Shown here in pieces: positions 1-7,507 of a stretch of 10,967 nucleotides of DNA (positions are counted from its first letter, which is position 1; the number at the start of each line of letters is the position of its first letter). This stretch comes from an uncultured bacterium (GTDB taxonomy: Bacteria; Abyssobacteria; SURF-5). Location of the stretch: the NCBI GenBank assembly GCA_964607485.1, contig CAZSKP010000070.1, positions 1-10,967 on the forward strand. Reading direction: 5' to 3'. The notes beneath the pieces were generated by a model. That model did no database searches and was not told the DNA's origin. It saw only the letters and a list, made by a program, of their open reading frames with translations. Position numbers and translations under genes: made by a program.

Positions 1-39
1 CTCCAACTCGTCCAATAACGGCGTCCCACTCTCACTCAT
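1..39 (-). CDS. dsrA: Dissimilatory sulfite reductase alpha subunit, N-terminal 13 codons only (gene runs off the left edge)
   Basis: The reverse complement of 1-39 reads ATG AGT GAG AGT GGG ACG CCG TTA TTG GAC GAG TTG GAG = MSESGTPLLDELE. TP(L/M)LD(E/Q)LE is the conserved DsrA N-terminus that precedes xGPWPSF. A purine-rich RBS (AGGAGAAGG, 42-50) and a sigma70-like promoter lie upstream, and the sat/apr/qmo context fits. Only 13 aa are visible. Confidence 0.8.
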   Translation of the reverse strand, partial: MSESGTPLLDELE

Positions 40-41
40 AA

Positions 42-50
42 CCTTCTCCT
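42..50 (-). promoter_or_regulatory. Shine-Dalgarno for the putative dsrA
   Basis: Minus strand reads ctAGGAGaaggttATG, with AGGAG 6 nt before the ATG at 39. Confidence 0.7.
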
Positions 51-115
51 AGCTTTGACTCCTTGCCTGCATTTTGAGAACCCCCGGGGTGAAGGGGCAA
101 ATAACGCACAGCGTC

Positions 116-145
116 ATTCTACCACCTACCAGGTTCTCAAGTCAA
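116..145 (-). promoter_or_regulatory. Sigma70-type promoter upstream of dsrA
   Basis: Minus strand: TTGACT (145-140), an 18-nt spacer, then TAGAAT (121-116) preceded by an extended -10 TGn (TGG). An AT-rich stretch (ttaatatagat) lies just upstream of the -35. Confidence 0.65.
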
Positions 146-185
146 ATCTATATTAAGCCCCAGAAAACCGTCGCGTTGAGGCAGT

Positions 186-1892
186 TCAGCCGTCGCCACC
201 GACCACCTCGGACCAGAATCTCAATCCCCCTTCAAGAAACTTAACGTCTTCAAATCCCATGCCTTCGAGGGTCCGACATGCCTCGTAGCTTCTCATCCCA
301 ATCTGGCACAGGCATATCAGCTCCTTGTCTTTGGGGATTTCTTCGCTCGACGTGCGCAGACGGCTCAGCGGAATTGCGCAGACGCGCCTATCCTCGAGCT
401 TCGATTTCTCCACCTCGCTCATCTCGCGAACATCAAGCAGGACGAAATCTTCGTCACGGCTCACTCTGTCGCGCATTTCCATGGGTGTGACCGATTTCGC
501 CATGCCGTCGCGTTTGTTCTTGAGCAGATTGGCCGCATGGGCCACGCTGTCGAGCGCGGTGGAAAATGGGGGCGCATATCCGAGGTCGAGGTTGGCCACA
601 TCGTCGACCAATGCACGGCTGGTGAGCGCTGTGGCGAGCACGTCGATTCGCTTCGTCACGTCGCCGGGGCCTACGACCTGTGCTCCGAGCAATCGGCCAT
701 CTTTCGCGTCGGCGACCATCTTAACGAGCACCGGTTTACTGCCGGGATAGTAGTGGGCGTGGTCCATCCAGGGCGCCAGGCACGTGACGACATCGTAGCC
801 CAAGTCCTTTGCCTGCCGCTCGGTGATGCCGGCGCTGGACACGTTGACACCCATCGTCTTCATGACGCTGGTGCCGACGATGCCGGGGAATGTGGCATCT
901 CCGCCGGTTATGTTGTCGCCGATGACCCGTCCATGACGGTTGGCCGTCGAGCCCAGCGGCGCATATACCTTTTTCCCGGTCACGAGACTGACGCATTCGA
1001 CGCAGTCGCCTCCGGCGTAGATGTCGGGGTCGCTCGTCTGCAGGTGGTCGTTGACGGCAATGGCGCCCGTTTCCCCGACGGCAAGCCCCGCCTCGGCGGC
1101 GAGACGCACGTTCGGCTTCACTCCCGTCGCTACTATCACCATGTCTGCCGGTATCTCACGCGTCTCGGTGACAACTTTACAGGCCTGTCCTTCGTCGTTT
1201 CCTTCGATGCGAAGCACCTTCTCGGAGACGAATATCTCGACCCCATCTTCGCGCAATGCGCCGGCGACGGTGGCGGCTATCTCGGGGTCCAATACGGCTG
1301 GAAGAATGGAGCCTTCCATCTCAACAATCGCCGCATCGACGGCATGGGCAAAGAGCGATTCGGTGACCTCGAGGGCGATGCGTCCGGCGCCGATAAAGAC
1401 GGCCTTGTCAGCCTCGCCGCCTTCGACCAGCTCGCGCAACCGTTTCGCGTCGTCGGGAACATGGACGAAGAATACGCGGTCCAGCTCCAGCCCTTCTATC
1501 GGAGGCCGAGCCGGGGAGGCCCCTGTGGCAAGAACGAGCTTATCGTATCCGATGGCCTCCGTCTTTCCGGTGTCGAGATTCTTCACCTTGACCGTCTTCT
1601 TTTCTCTGTCTATCGACTCAGCCAGCGTGCGGGTACGCGCCTCAATGTCCTTGACGCTGCTGAAAAACTCCTCGTCGCGGAGGACGCCGTACTGTGTCTT
1701 GCGCAGCCCGTCAAGCTCCGGAATCGAGCCGCCAATGTAGTAGGGAATGCCACAGCCCGCATACGAGAGCAGGGGGCTGCGCTCGATAATGACAATCTCG
1801 GCGTGGGGGTCGCGCCGGCGAGCGCGCGCGGCTGCTTTCGGCCCACACGCGACACCTCCGATTATCACGATCTTTGAGCGTTCCGCACTCAT
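186..1892 (-). CDS. FAD-dependent pyridine nucleotide-disulfide oxidoreductase with C-terminal rhodanese domain (CoADR-RHD / Npsr-like CoA-persulfide/polysulfide reductase), 568 aa
   Basis: N-terminal FAD motif IIGGVACG; redox Cys motif SYAGCG (C47); LATG; NAD(P)H motif GAGRIALE; TSDPDIYAGGD FAD motif; CoADR-type dimer-interface motif DLGYAPPFS; rhodanese domain LLDVRE...CQIGMRS...LEGG with active-site Cys529. Starts 31 nt after the qmoC stop. Confidence 0.9.
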   Translation of the reverse strand: MSAERSKIVIIGGVACGPKAAARARRRDPHAEIVIIERSPLLSYAGCGIPYYIGGSIPELDGLRKTQYGVLRDEEFFSSVKDIEARTRTLAESIDREKKTVKVKNLDTGKTEAIGYDKLVLATGASPARPPIEGLELDRVFFVHVPDDAKRLRELVEGGEADKAVFIGAGRIALEVTESLFAHAVDAAIVEMEGSILPAVLDPEIAATVAGALREDGVEIFVSEKVLRIEGNDEGQACKVVTETREIPADMVIVATGVKPNVRLAAEAGLAVGETGAIAVNDHLQTSDPDIYAGGDCVECVSLVTGKKVYAPLGSTANRHGRVIGDNITGGDATFPGIVGTSVMKTMGVNVSSAGITERQAKDLGYDVVTCLAPWMDHAHYYPGSKPVLVKMVADAKDGRLLGAQVVGPGDVTKRIDVLATALTSRALVDDVANLDLGYAPPFSTALDSVAHAANLLKNKRDGMAKSVTPMEMRDRVSRDEDFVLLDVREMSEVEKSKLEDRRVCAIPLSRLRTSSEEIPKDKELICLCQIGMRSYEACRTLEGMGFEDVKFLEGGLRFWSEVVGGDG

Positions 1893-1923
1893 GTGCCTCG
1901 TCCTGCACGAAGAAAGGGAAACC

Positions 1924-3144
1924 CTAGGCCGCGGCCTCCCCGATAATCACGTCTCTGCCGTTGTACTTCGCATGAAGTATCGCAACGAAACGGTAGAACA
2001 TATGCGCAAACTTGGAATACGGGAAATATCCGATCAACGAGAACACGAATACCAGGTGCACGAAGTAAGTCGTGAACGCCAGTCCGGCGGAGCCGGAGTA
2101 CCTGACCAGCTCGAGCAATTGTCCGGTCAGGGCGATCAGCAGGAGAACGATCAGCAGGTACCAGTCCTGATACGTGTTTTTGCGTTTGCTCGGGTCGAGG
2201 CCGAGCCTGTGTTTCATCACCAGTATCAAGCCCGCCACCAGCGCCAGGAAGCCGACATGTCCGAACAGCTTCGGCAGAGTCAGTTGTCCGAGCGGAAGCG
2301 GCGTCTTCAACGCATAGATCATGAAGATCTCGATTGCGGTGCCGATGGCGAGAAGAATGAACCCGTACATTATCCCCAGGTGTCCGAGGTACCTATACTT
2401 GTTTTGTTCACACTTCTGGAACTTGGCATGTGTGACGATTTCCTTCACCGTGGCCACGGCGCTGGCGACCAAGTTGCCCTTGGTCGGGCCGGCGGGATTC
2501 GAACCAAGCTGATTCACCTCGGAGGCATCGAGGAGATTCCAGTACTTCACAAGGCCTATGAGAAGGAACAGGCCCACGAGGTGAGTGGCCGTGATGAACA
2601 CCATGTAGAGGTTCTTGTGGGGGAGAAACTCGTCGAAGTGAATCTGTCCGGCCGCCACGCTGCCACGCGCGAAGGCCTCGGGAATCGCCCCCATGTTGCA
2701 GGCGATAAGCAGGAACAATATCGGGAGACCAAGCACAAGCGGCAGATATTTGGGCTCGCTCAGCCACGTTCCGAGGAACTTCGGAAACGTCAGGGTCTTG
2801 AACATGTAGTTTCGGATCGCAGCCAGTGTATCGCCCGGCTTTGCGCCGCGAGGACATATCTCGGAGCAATCGCCGCACTGGTGGCAGAGCCACACGTCGC
2901 CGTCACCGATGAGCTTGTCCTTGAGCCCCCACGAGGCCCATATCATTTCTTTCCTGGGGAAGGGGCGATTGTCGGGAGCGATGTTGCACACTACGGAGCA
3001 GGAGGCGCACTGGAAACATTTCTTGAGGGTGTCGCCTCCCGCCGCCTGGACCTGTCTGATGAAATCGAGGTCGGGCTCCACCTTGATTGTCTTCGCGTTT
3101 GCCTGTTTGCTCTCAGCAGTGTTGGTCACCTGGTCCGTTGTCAT
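1924..3144 (-). CDS. qmoC: Quinone-interacting membrane-bound oxidoreductase subunit C (HdrC-like 2x[4Fe-4S] domain plus membrane cytochrome b domain), 406 aa
   Basis: CFQCASCSVVC and CHQCGDCSEICPRG cluster motifs; PFPRKEMIWASWG; several hydrophobic helices with candidate heme-ligand His (LGHLG, FVHLV, PYSKFAHMFYR); RBS AGGAGGG at 3154-3160; follows qmoAB. Confidence 0.95.
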   Translation of the reverse strand: MTTDQVTNTAESKQANAKTIKVEPDLDFIRQVQAAGGDTLKKCFQCASCSVVCNIAPDNRPFPRKEMIWASWGLKDKLIGDGDVWLCHQCGDCSEICPRGAKPGDTLAAIRNYMFKTLTFPKFLGTWLSEPKYLPLVLGLPILFLLIACNMGAIPEAFARGSVAAGQIHFDEFLPHKNLYMVFITATHLVGLFLLIGLVKYWNLLDASEVNQLGSNPAGPTKGNLVASAVATVKEIVTHAKFQKCEQNKYRYLGHLGIMYGFILLAIGTAIEIFMIYALKTPLPLGQLTLPKLFGHVGFLALVAGLILVMKHRLGLDPSKRKNTYQDWYLLIVLLLIALTGQLLELVRYSGSAGLAFTTYFVHLVFVFSLIGYFPYSKFAHMFYRFVAILHAKYNGRDVIIGEAAA

Positions 3145-3160
3145 CTCAGCAGACCCTCCT

Positions 3161-5404
3161 CTACATCCCCTTGAACGGATTCATCCCGACCTGCTCGATC
3201 GTTTCCATGAACTCGCCCACGAGAGCCGGTAGCTTATCGTATTCCGATATCTGAATCTGGTGCAGTTGAACGCGTTCGTTCTCGAGCGCCATCTGCTGCA
3301 ATTTCTCTTTCACGTTATCCCCGCGGGTGTTCATGACTTCGCTGCCTCGGATGAAATGGCATTGATAGTCGTCGCCGTACTTGCACCCGAACAGCATGAC
3401 TCCGTCGAATCCCTTGGCGAAGGCTTCGTTGATCCAGATGACGTTGACCGACCCCAGACATCTGACGGGGATGATGCGCACGAACGAGCTGTACTGCATG
3501 CGCTTAAAGCCGACGGTGTCGAAGACCGGATACGCGTCGTTCTCGCACGCGAGCACGAGCACGCGGGGTTTTTCCTCGAATTCGTCCGGAACCTCGATGG
3601 ACTTAATCATCGACGCGACCATGTCGACGGAATAGTTCTTGAAGCTTATGATACGTTCCGGGCACGAGCCCAGGCAGATGCCACACCTGCGGCAGCGGGT
3701 CGGATTGGGCTGCGGAGTTCCCTTTTCATCCTCATTCAGGGTGCCGAACGGGCACTCCTCGGTGCAGCGTTTGCATTGAGTGCATCGCTGGAGGAAGAAC
3801 TCGGGAAAGGACAGGTCGCCCGCCCGCGGAATGACGGTTTCTCCGCGCGAGATCATCTCGACGCATTGTATGGCCTTGAAGGCGGCCCCGGTGGCATCTT
3901 CGACGCTTCCCAGCCCGTCCATCGGCGACCTCACCGCGCCTGCGGCATAGATGCCTGTGCGGCGGGTTTCGTAGGGGAAGCAGATGAAGTGCGAGTCGGG
4001 GTAATTGTACTGAAGCGTGGGCAGGTCGGGCCCCTGACGATAACCGAGGTGCAATATCTCGGTGCCCTCGTGATGCCCGAACTCCTCGACCGTCTTCTTC
4101 GCCACCTCGAGCCCGGCTCCTCCTTCGCCGCTCGCGATGAACTTTTTCGCGTCCATGACGGCGCGGATCTTCTCGCCGTCGGCCGACTGCGGAACCATGC
4201 CCGTGGCGAGCACGACGAGGTCGGCCTCGATGCTGATGTTTTCGCCGATGAGCGTGTTCTGCACATTTACGGTGAGCGAACCATCGCCGTTCTCGTTGAC
4301 TCCGGTGACCTCGCCCTTCGTCAGGAACACGCCCGGGTCCTGCTGCATTTTCTTATAAAAGTATTCGTAGTGTCCCGGCGCGCGGAGATTCTCGTAAATG
4401 ATATAGGCTTTCGCGTCGCCGTCCTGCTCTCTGACGTATGCCGCCTGCTTGAGAGAGTTGAGGCAGCAAATCGAGGAGCAGTACGAAAGGTCTTCCTTGT
4501 TTCTCGAGCCGGCGCACTGTACGAACACGACACTCTTGGCATCCTTGCCGTCGGAGCGCCTCGTGATGCGGCCGTTTTTCGCCATCTCTTCGACATCGAC
4601 GTTGGTGACGACGTTGGCCAACTTACCGAAGCCGAGGTGATCGAGATTCTTCGGCTTGTATGGCTTCCAGCCGGTAGCCTGAATGATGGCTCCCACGCGG
4701 AAGGGTTCGCTGCCCTTGAGGGTGACATCGAACATGCCGGGCGCGCCCGTGATTTTTTCGATTTCGGCCGACGTGTGAACCTTGATCTTGTCGTTCGATT
4801 GGACCTGCTTTATCTTTTCCTCAATGCCTGTGTCCTCCAGATCCTCATAAGGGGCGGACCTCGGAATGGACTTCTTGAGCTTGGCCATCCAGCCGCCGAG
4901 CTGGGGGCTCTTCTCGACGAGCACCGTCTCATAGCCTGCCGCGGCGCTTTCCAGCGCCGCCGTGATTCCGGCAATGCCTCCGCCGACGACCAGAATCGCC
5001 TTGTTGATGTCTTTGCTTTCCGGGAACACCTCGAGCGGGTTAGTCTTTTGGACCTTCACGATGCCCATGCGCAGATAGTCGCTGGCCATCATCTGCGTGT
5101 CCTCATCGTTCGGAGGCTGACACCAGGCGACCTGCTCCCTCAGGTTCACGTACTCGACGATAAGGTTGTCGGGAAACGATTTGGGTGAATAGAACCGTGG
5201 CGAAGGTCCCGCCAGCACGACCTTTTCGAGTCCCTGCTCCGCGATGTCCTTCTTGATGAATTCCAGGTCTTCGGCCTCGCAGGAGGGAACGGTCTTACAA
5301 ACATCAACCTTATACTCTTCCGCGACGCCGGAGAGCTCCTCGATGTTCAGAGCCTCTCCGATGCCGTATCCGGTGCAGATGTAAACTCCGATCTTGTTTG
5401 CCAC
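3161..5404 (-). CDS. qmoB: Qmo subunit B (HdrA-like flavoprotein + 2x[4Fe-4S] ferredoxin + MvhD-like C-terminal domain), 747 aa
   Basis: ILVVGGGIAG FAD motif; VQCAGSR...YCSSICC; SHFICFPYETRRTG; CTQCKRCTEECP and CRRCGICLGSCP; MvhD-like LACENDAYP / VRCLGSVN / GCKYGDDYQCHF; GTG start with AGGAG RBS overlapping the qmoA stop. Confidence 0.95.
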   Translation of the reverse strand: MANKIGVYICTGYGIGEALNIEELSGVAEEYKVDVCKTVPSCEAEDLEFIKKDIAEQGLEKVVLAGPSPRFYSPKSFPDNLIVEYVNLREQVAWCQPPNDEDTQMMASDYLRMGIVKVQKTNPLEVFPESKDINKAILVVGGGIAGITAALESAAAGYETVLVEKSPQLGGWMAKLKKSIPRSAPYEDLEDTGIEEKIKQVQSNDKIKVHTSAEIEKITGAPGMFDVTLKGSEPFRVGAIIQATGWKPYKPKNLDHLGFGKLANVVTNVDVEEMAKNGRITRRSDGKDAKSVVFVQCAGSRNKEDLSYCSSICCLNSLKQAAYVREQDGDAKAYIIYENLRAPGHYEYFYKKMQQDPGVFLTKGEVTGVNENGDGSLTVNVQNTLIGENISIEADLVVLATGMVPQSADGEKIRAVMDAKKFIASGEGGAGLEVAKKTVEEFGHHEGTEILHLGYRQGPDLPTLQYNYPDSHFICFPYETRRTGIYAAGAVRSPMDGLGSVEDATGAAFKAIQCVEMISRGETVIPRAGDLSFPEFFLQRCTQCKRCTEECPFGTLNEDEKGTPQPNPTRCRRCGICLGSCPERIISFKNYSVDMVASMIKSIEVPDEFEEKPRVLVLACENDAYPVFDTVGFKRMQYSSFVRIIPVRCLGSVNVIWINEAFAKGFDGVMLFGCKYGDDYQCHFIRGSEVMNTRGDNVKEKLQQMALENERVQLHQIQISEYDKLPALVGEFMETIEQVGMNPFKGM

Positions 5405-5411
5405 GGGACTC

Positions 5412-6668
5412 CTACCTCCTGACTATCTGAACGGCCTTCATGACGGCGGCGGTGGCGTCCTTTACGGACCGCGACACATCGAGCGGCCTCTTGACGCAGC
5501 CTGCGGCGAAGATGCCGCCGCCGTTGGGACTATCAGCTACGAACCCGTCGTTGTCGTAAACCAAGTTGATTCCGGGGATGGGCGAATCAGCGGTCGAGGG
5601 AACGATGCCTGTAGCGAGCACAACCATGTCGAACTGCTCGCGCATCTTCTCGCCCGGCATCACTTCCTCCGCCTCGACGATGGGATTCCTGGTGACCGGG
5701 TCTTCGGTTATCTTTGCGACCTTCCCCTTGATGAAGGAAATGTTCGGGTCTTCCAACAGGTCATAATAGAACTTCTCGAACCGGCCGATTGTCCTGATAT
5801 CTATATAGAAGATGGTGACCTTCGAATCGGCCACCTTTTCTCTCACATAGCGGGCCTGTTTCAGCGATCCCATGCAGCAGACCGCCGAACAGTAGGGCAG
5901 ATGATTTTCGTCTCTGGAGCCCGCACACTGGACGAAGGCCACGGTGGCAGGCTCTTTGCCGTCGGAGGGCCGAAGCACTTTTCCGCCGGTCGGCCCGCTG
6001 ACTGACGCCAGTCTCTCCATCATGACGTTGGTGATGACGTTGGCGCACCTTGCGAAACCGAGATTGTCGATTCTGTTTGCGTCGTACGGCTGCCAGCCCG
6101 TTGCGACGATGATGGCGCCGACTTTCTCCTCGACCCGCTCTTCCTTCATATCCAGGTCGATCGCGCCCGCCGGCGAGGCCGCCTTGAGCCGCTCGCATTC
6201 CTCGGCCGTCAATGCATCCTTCTTAAGGACATGCATCATCGGGAACGCCATCTGATGAGGCATGAAGAGCGCGTTGGTCTTGTCCATGCCGTAGTTGAAG
6301 GCGTTCGGTATCTCTGTCGTGACGGCGTCGAGGTGGGCCTGGGAGACCGGCTGTTTCCCCGTGACATAGCGGGGACTGACCTTGATGGTGACCGTGTAGT
6401 TGCCCGGCTCTCCCGATACGCCTTCAACCTCGGCAAGCGTGTACACCTTGATTCTGGGGTTCTGCCGAACCCTGCGGGTGTTGATCTCCATGCCGCATGT
6501 GGGCGGACACAGCTTGGGAAAGTACTGGTTCATGCGGACGACCCGCCCGCCCAGGTAGGCCTCCTTCTCGACCAGCACCACCTCACAACCAAGCTCGGCG
6601 GCTTCGGCCGCGGCTGAAATGCCGCTGATACCCCCGCCAATGACGAGAATTTTGCCGTTGGTACTCAT
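5412..6668 (-). CDS. qmoA: Qmo subunit A (HdrA-like flavoprotein), about 418 aa
   Basis: ILVIGGGISG; YFPKLCPPTCG; VQCAGSRDENHLPYCSAVCC; GIFAAGCVKRPLDV. Start moved from the track's TTG at 6683 to ATG 6668 (MSTNGKILV) because GGAG (6674-6677) lies 5 nt upstream of it. Confidence 0.95.
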   Translation of the reverse strand: MSTNGKILVIGGGISGISAAAEAAELGCEVVLVEKEAYLGGRVVRMNQYFPKLCPPTCGMEINTRRVRQNPRIKVYTLAEVEGVSGEPGNYTVTIKVSPRYVTGKQPVSQAHLDAVTTEIPNAFNYGMDKTNALFMPHQMAFPMMHVLKKDALTAEECERLKAASPAGAIDLDMKEERVEEKVGAIIVATGWQPYDANRIDNLGFARCANVITNVMMERLASVSGPTGGKVLRPSDGKEPATVAFVQCAGSRDENHLPYCSAVCCMGSLKQARYVREKVADSKVTIFYIDIRTIGRFEKFYYDLLEDPNISFIKGKVAKITEDPVTRNPIVEAEEVMPGEKMREQFDMVVLATGIVPSTADSPIPGINLVYDNDGFVADSPNGGGIFAAGCVKRPLDVSRSVKDATAAVMKAVQIVRR

Positions 6669-6679
6669 AGCGTCTCCAT

Positions 6680-7507
6680 TCAAAGTGCCTGTTCGTTTCC
6701 CATCAATTGCCGCTTCCTGACTTTAAGCACGTGTTCGCGAATCTTCATCGTGGGCTCGGTGAACAGCGCGAACTTGAGCCAATCGAAAGCGAATTTCATC
6801 AATTCGACGTCGTCGGCCCGAATCCTGTCGACGACAGCTTGTTCGACGTCAAAATACTGGAGGAACTTGCTTTCAAAGACAAAACGCTTGAACTTGTCGA
6901 GGTCGTAACATGCCATGTAGAAGATTTCCATCTTCTCGGGGTCCAGTTTCCCTCCCTTTTGGAAGTAATCATGAAGCGTTATCTCTTTGAAGAGTTCCCC
7001 CTTCTCGTTGAATTCACCGATGCCCTGGTCTTCCAGCCATTCCCCGACCGTCCATTCCCTGTTCTCTTCAAATCCTCGACAGCCGCTCTCTTCCATCAGG
7101 AAATAGAAATTCTCTTCCCCCGCTTGCCCCTCTTCCTTCGGCGAAGCGAACCCGAGAGGGTACATGCGGCAGGACCAGGGACGGTCCTCATAGATGGTGC
7201 ATCCCTCGTCGCCCACGAAGGGGCAGCGCTTGTGTTCGTCGCCTTTCATCCTCAGGACGACGACGGGCATCTGCTGTTCCTTGTTGAATGGGACGAGCGT
7301 ATATCTCGCCAGAAACGCTTCGGAGGAAATCTTGAGGCGGTTCTTCATCCGGAGAATGTCGTAAGGGGTGAGAAAGATGGTGACATCGGCGCAGCACTGA
7401 GTGTAGCAGCTCAGACCTTTATGGCAGGAGAATTTGAACCTGTCCTTCTCGGTGAAGCGGGGCGCGTCTCTCAGGATTCTCTCTTTCAGGTTCTCCAGTT
7501 CGTTCAT
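6680..7507 (-). CDS. YkgJ-family / CxxCxxCC (PF03692-like) cysteine-cluster protein, putative Fe-S or Zn binding, 275 aa
   Basis: FSCHKGLSCYTQCC...LTPYD, CPF..EGCTIYEDRPWSCRMYP and a later GCRG give eight Cys in the family pattern. It shares an ATGA 4-nt overlap with the upstream gene and ends 11 nt before the qmoA ATG. Confidence 0.85.
   Translation of the reverse strand: MNELENLKERILRDAPRFTEKDRFKFSCHKGLSCYTQCCADVTIFLTPYDILRMKNRLKISSEAFLARYTLVPFNKEQQMPVVVLRMKGDEHKRCPFVGDEGCTIYEDRPWSCRMYPLGFASPKEEGQAGEENFYFLMEESGCRGFEENREWTVGEWLEDQGIGEFNEKGELFKEITLHDYFQKGGKLDPEKMEIFYMACYDLDKFKRFVFESKFLQYFDVEQAVVDRIRADDVELMKFAFDWLKFALFTEPTMKIREHVLKVRKRQLMGNEQAL

Noticed and set aside
150-185. Terminator after the CoADR-RHD gene
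   Set aside because: There is only a weak 6-bp stem with a long loop and no U-tract, so it is not supportable.
537-5188. Long plus-strand ORFs (537-1877, 1747-3174, 3260-5188) and other plus-strand ORFs such as 6707-7633 and 8556-9176
   Set aside because: They are antisense shadows of well-supported minus-strand genes, expected from GC-rich codon usage, and carry no recognisable motifs.
3161-6668. Possible selenocysteine recoding in the HdrA/MvhD-like Qmo subunits
   Set aside because: No in-frame TGA occurs, all retained ligands are ordinary Cys codons, and both genes end in TAG.
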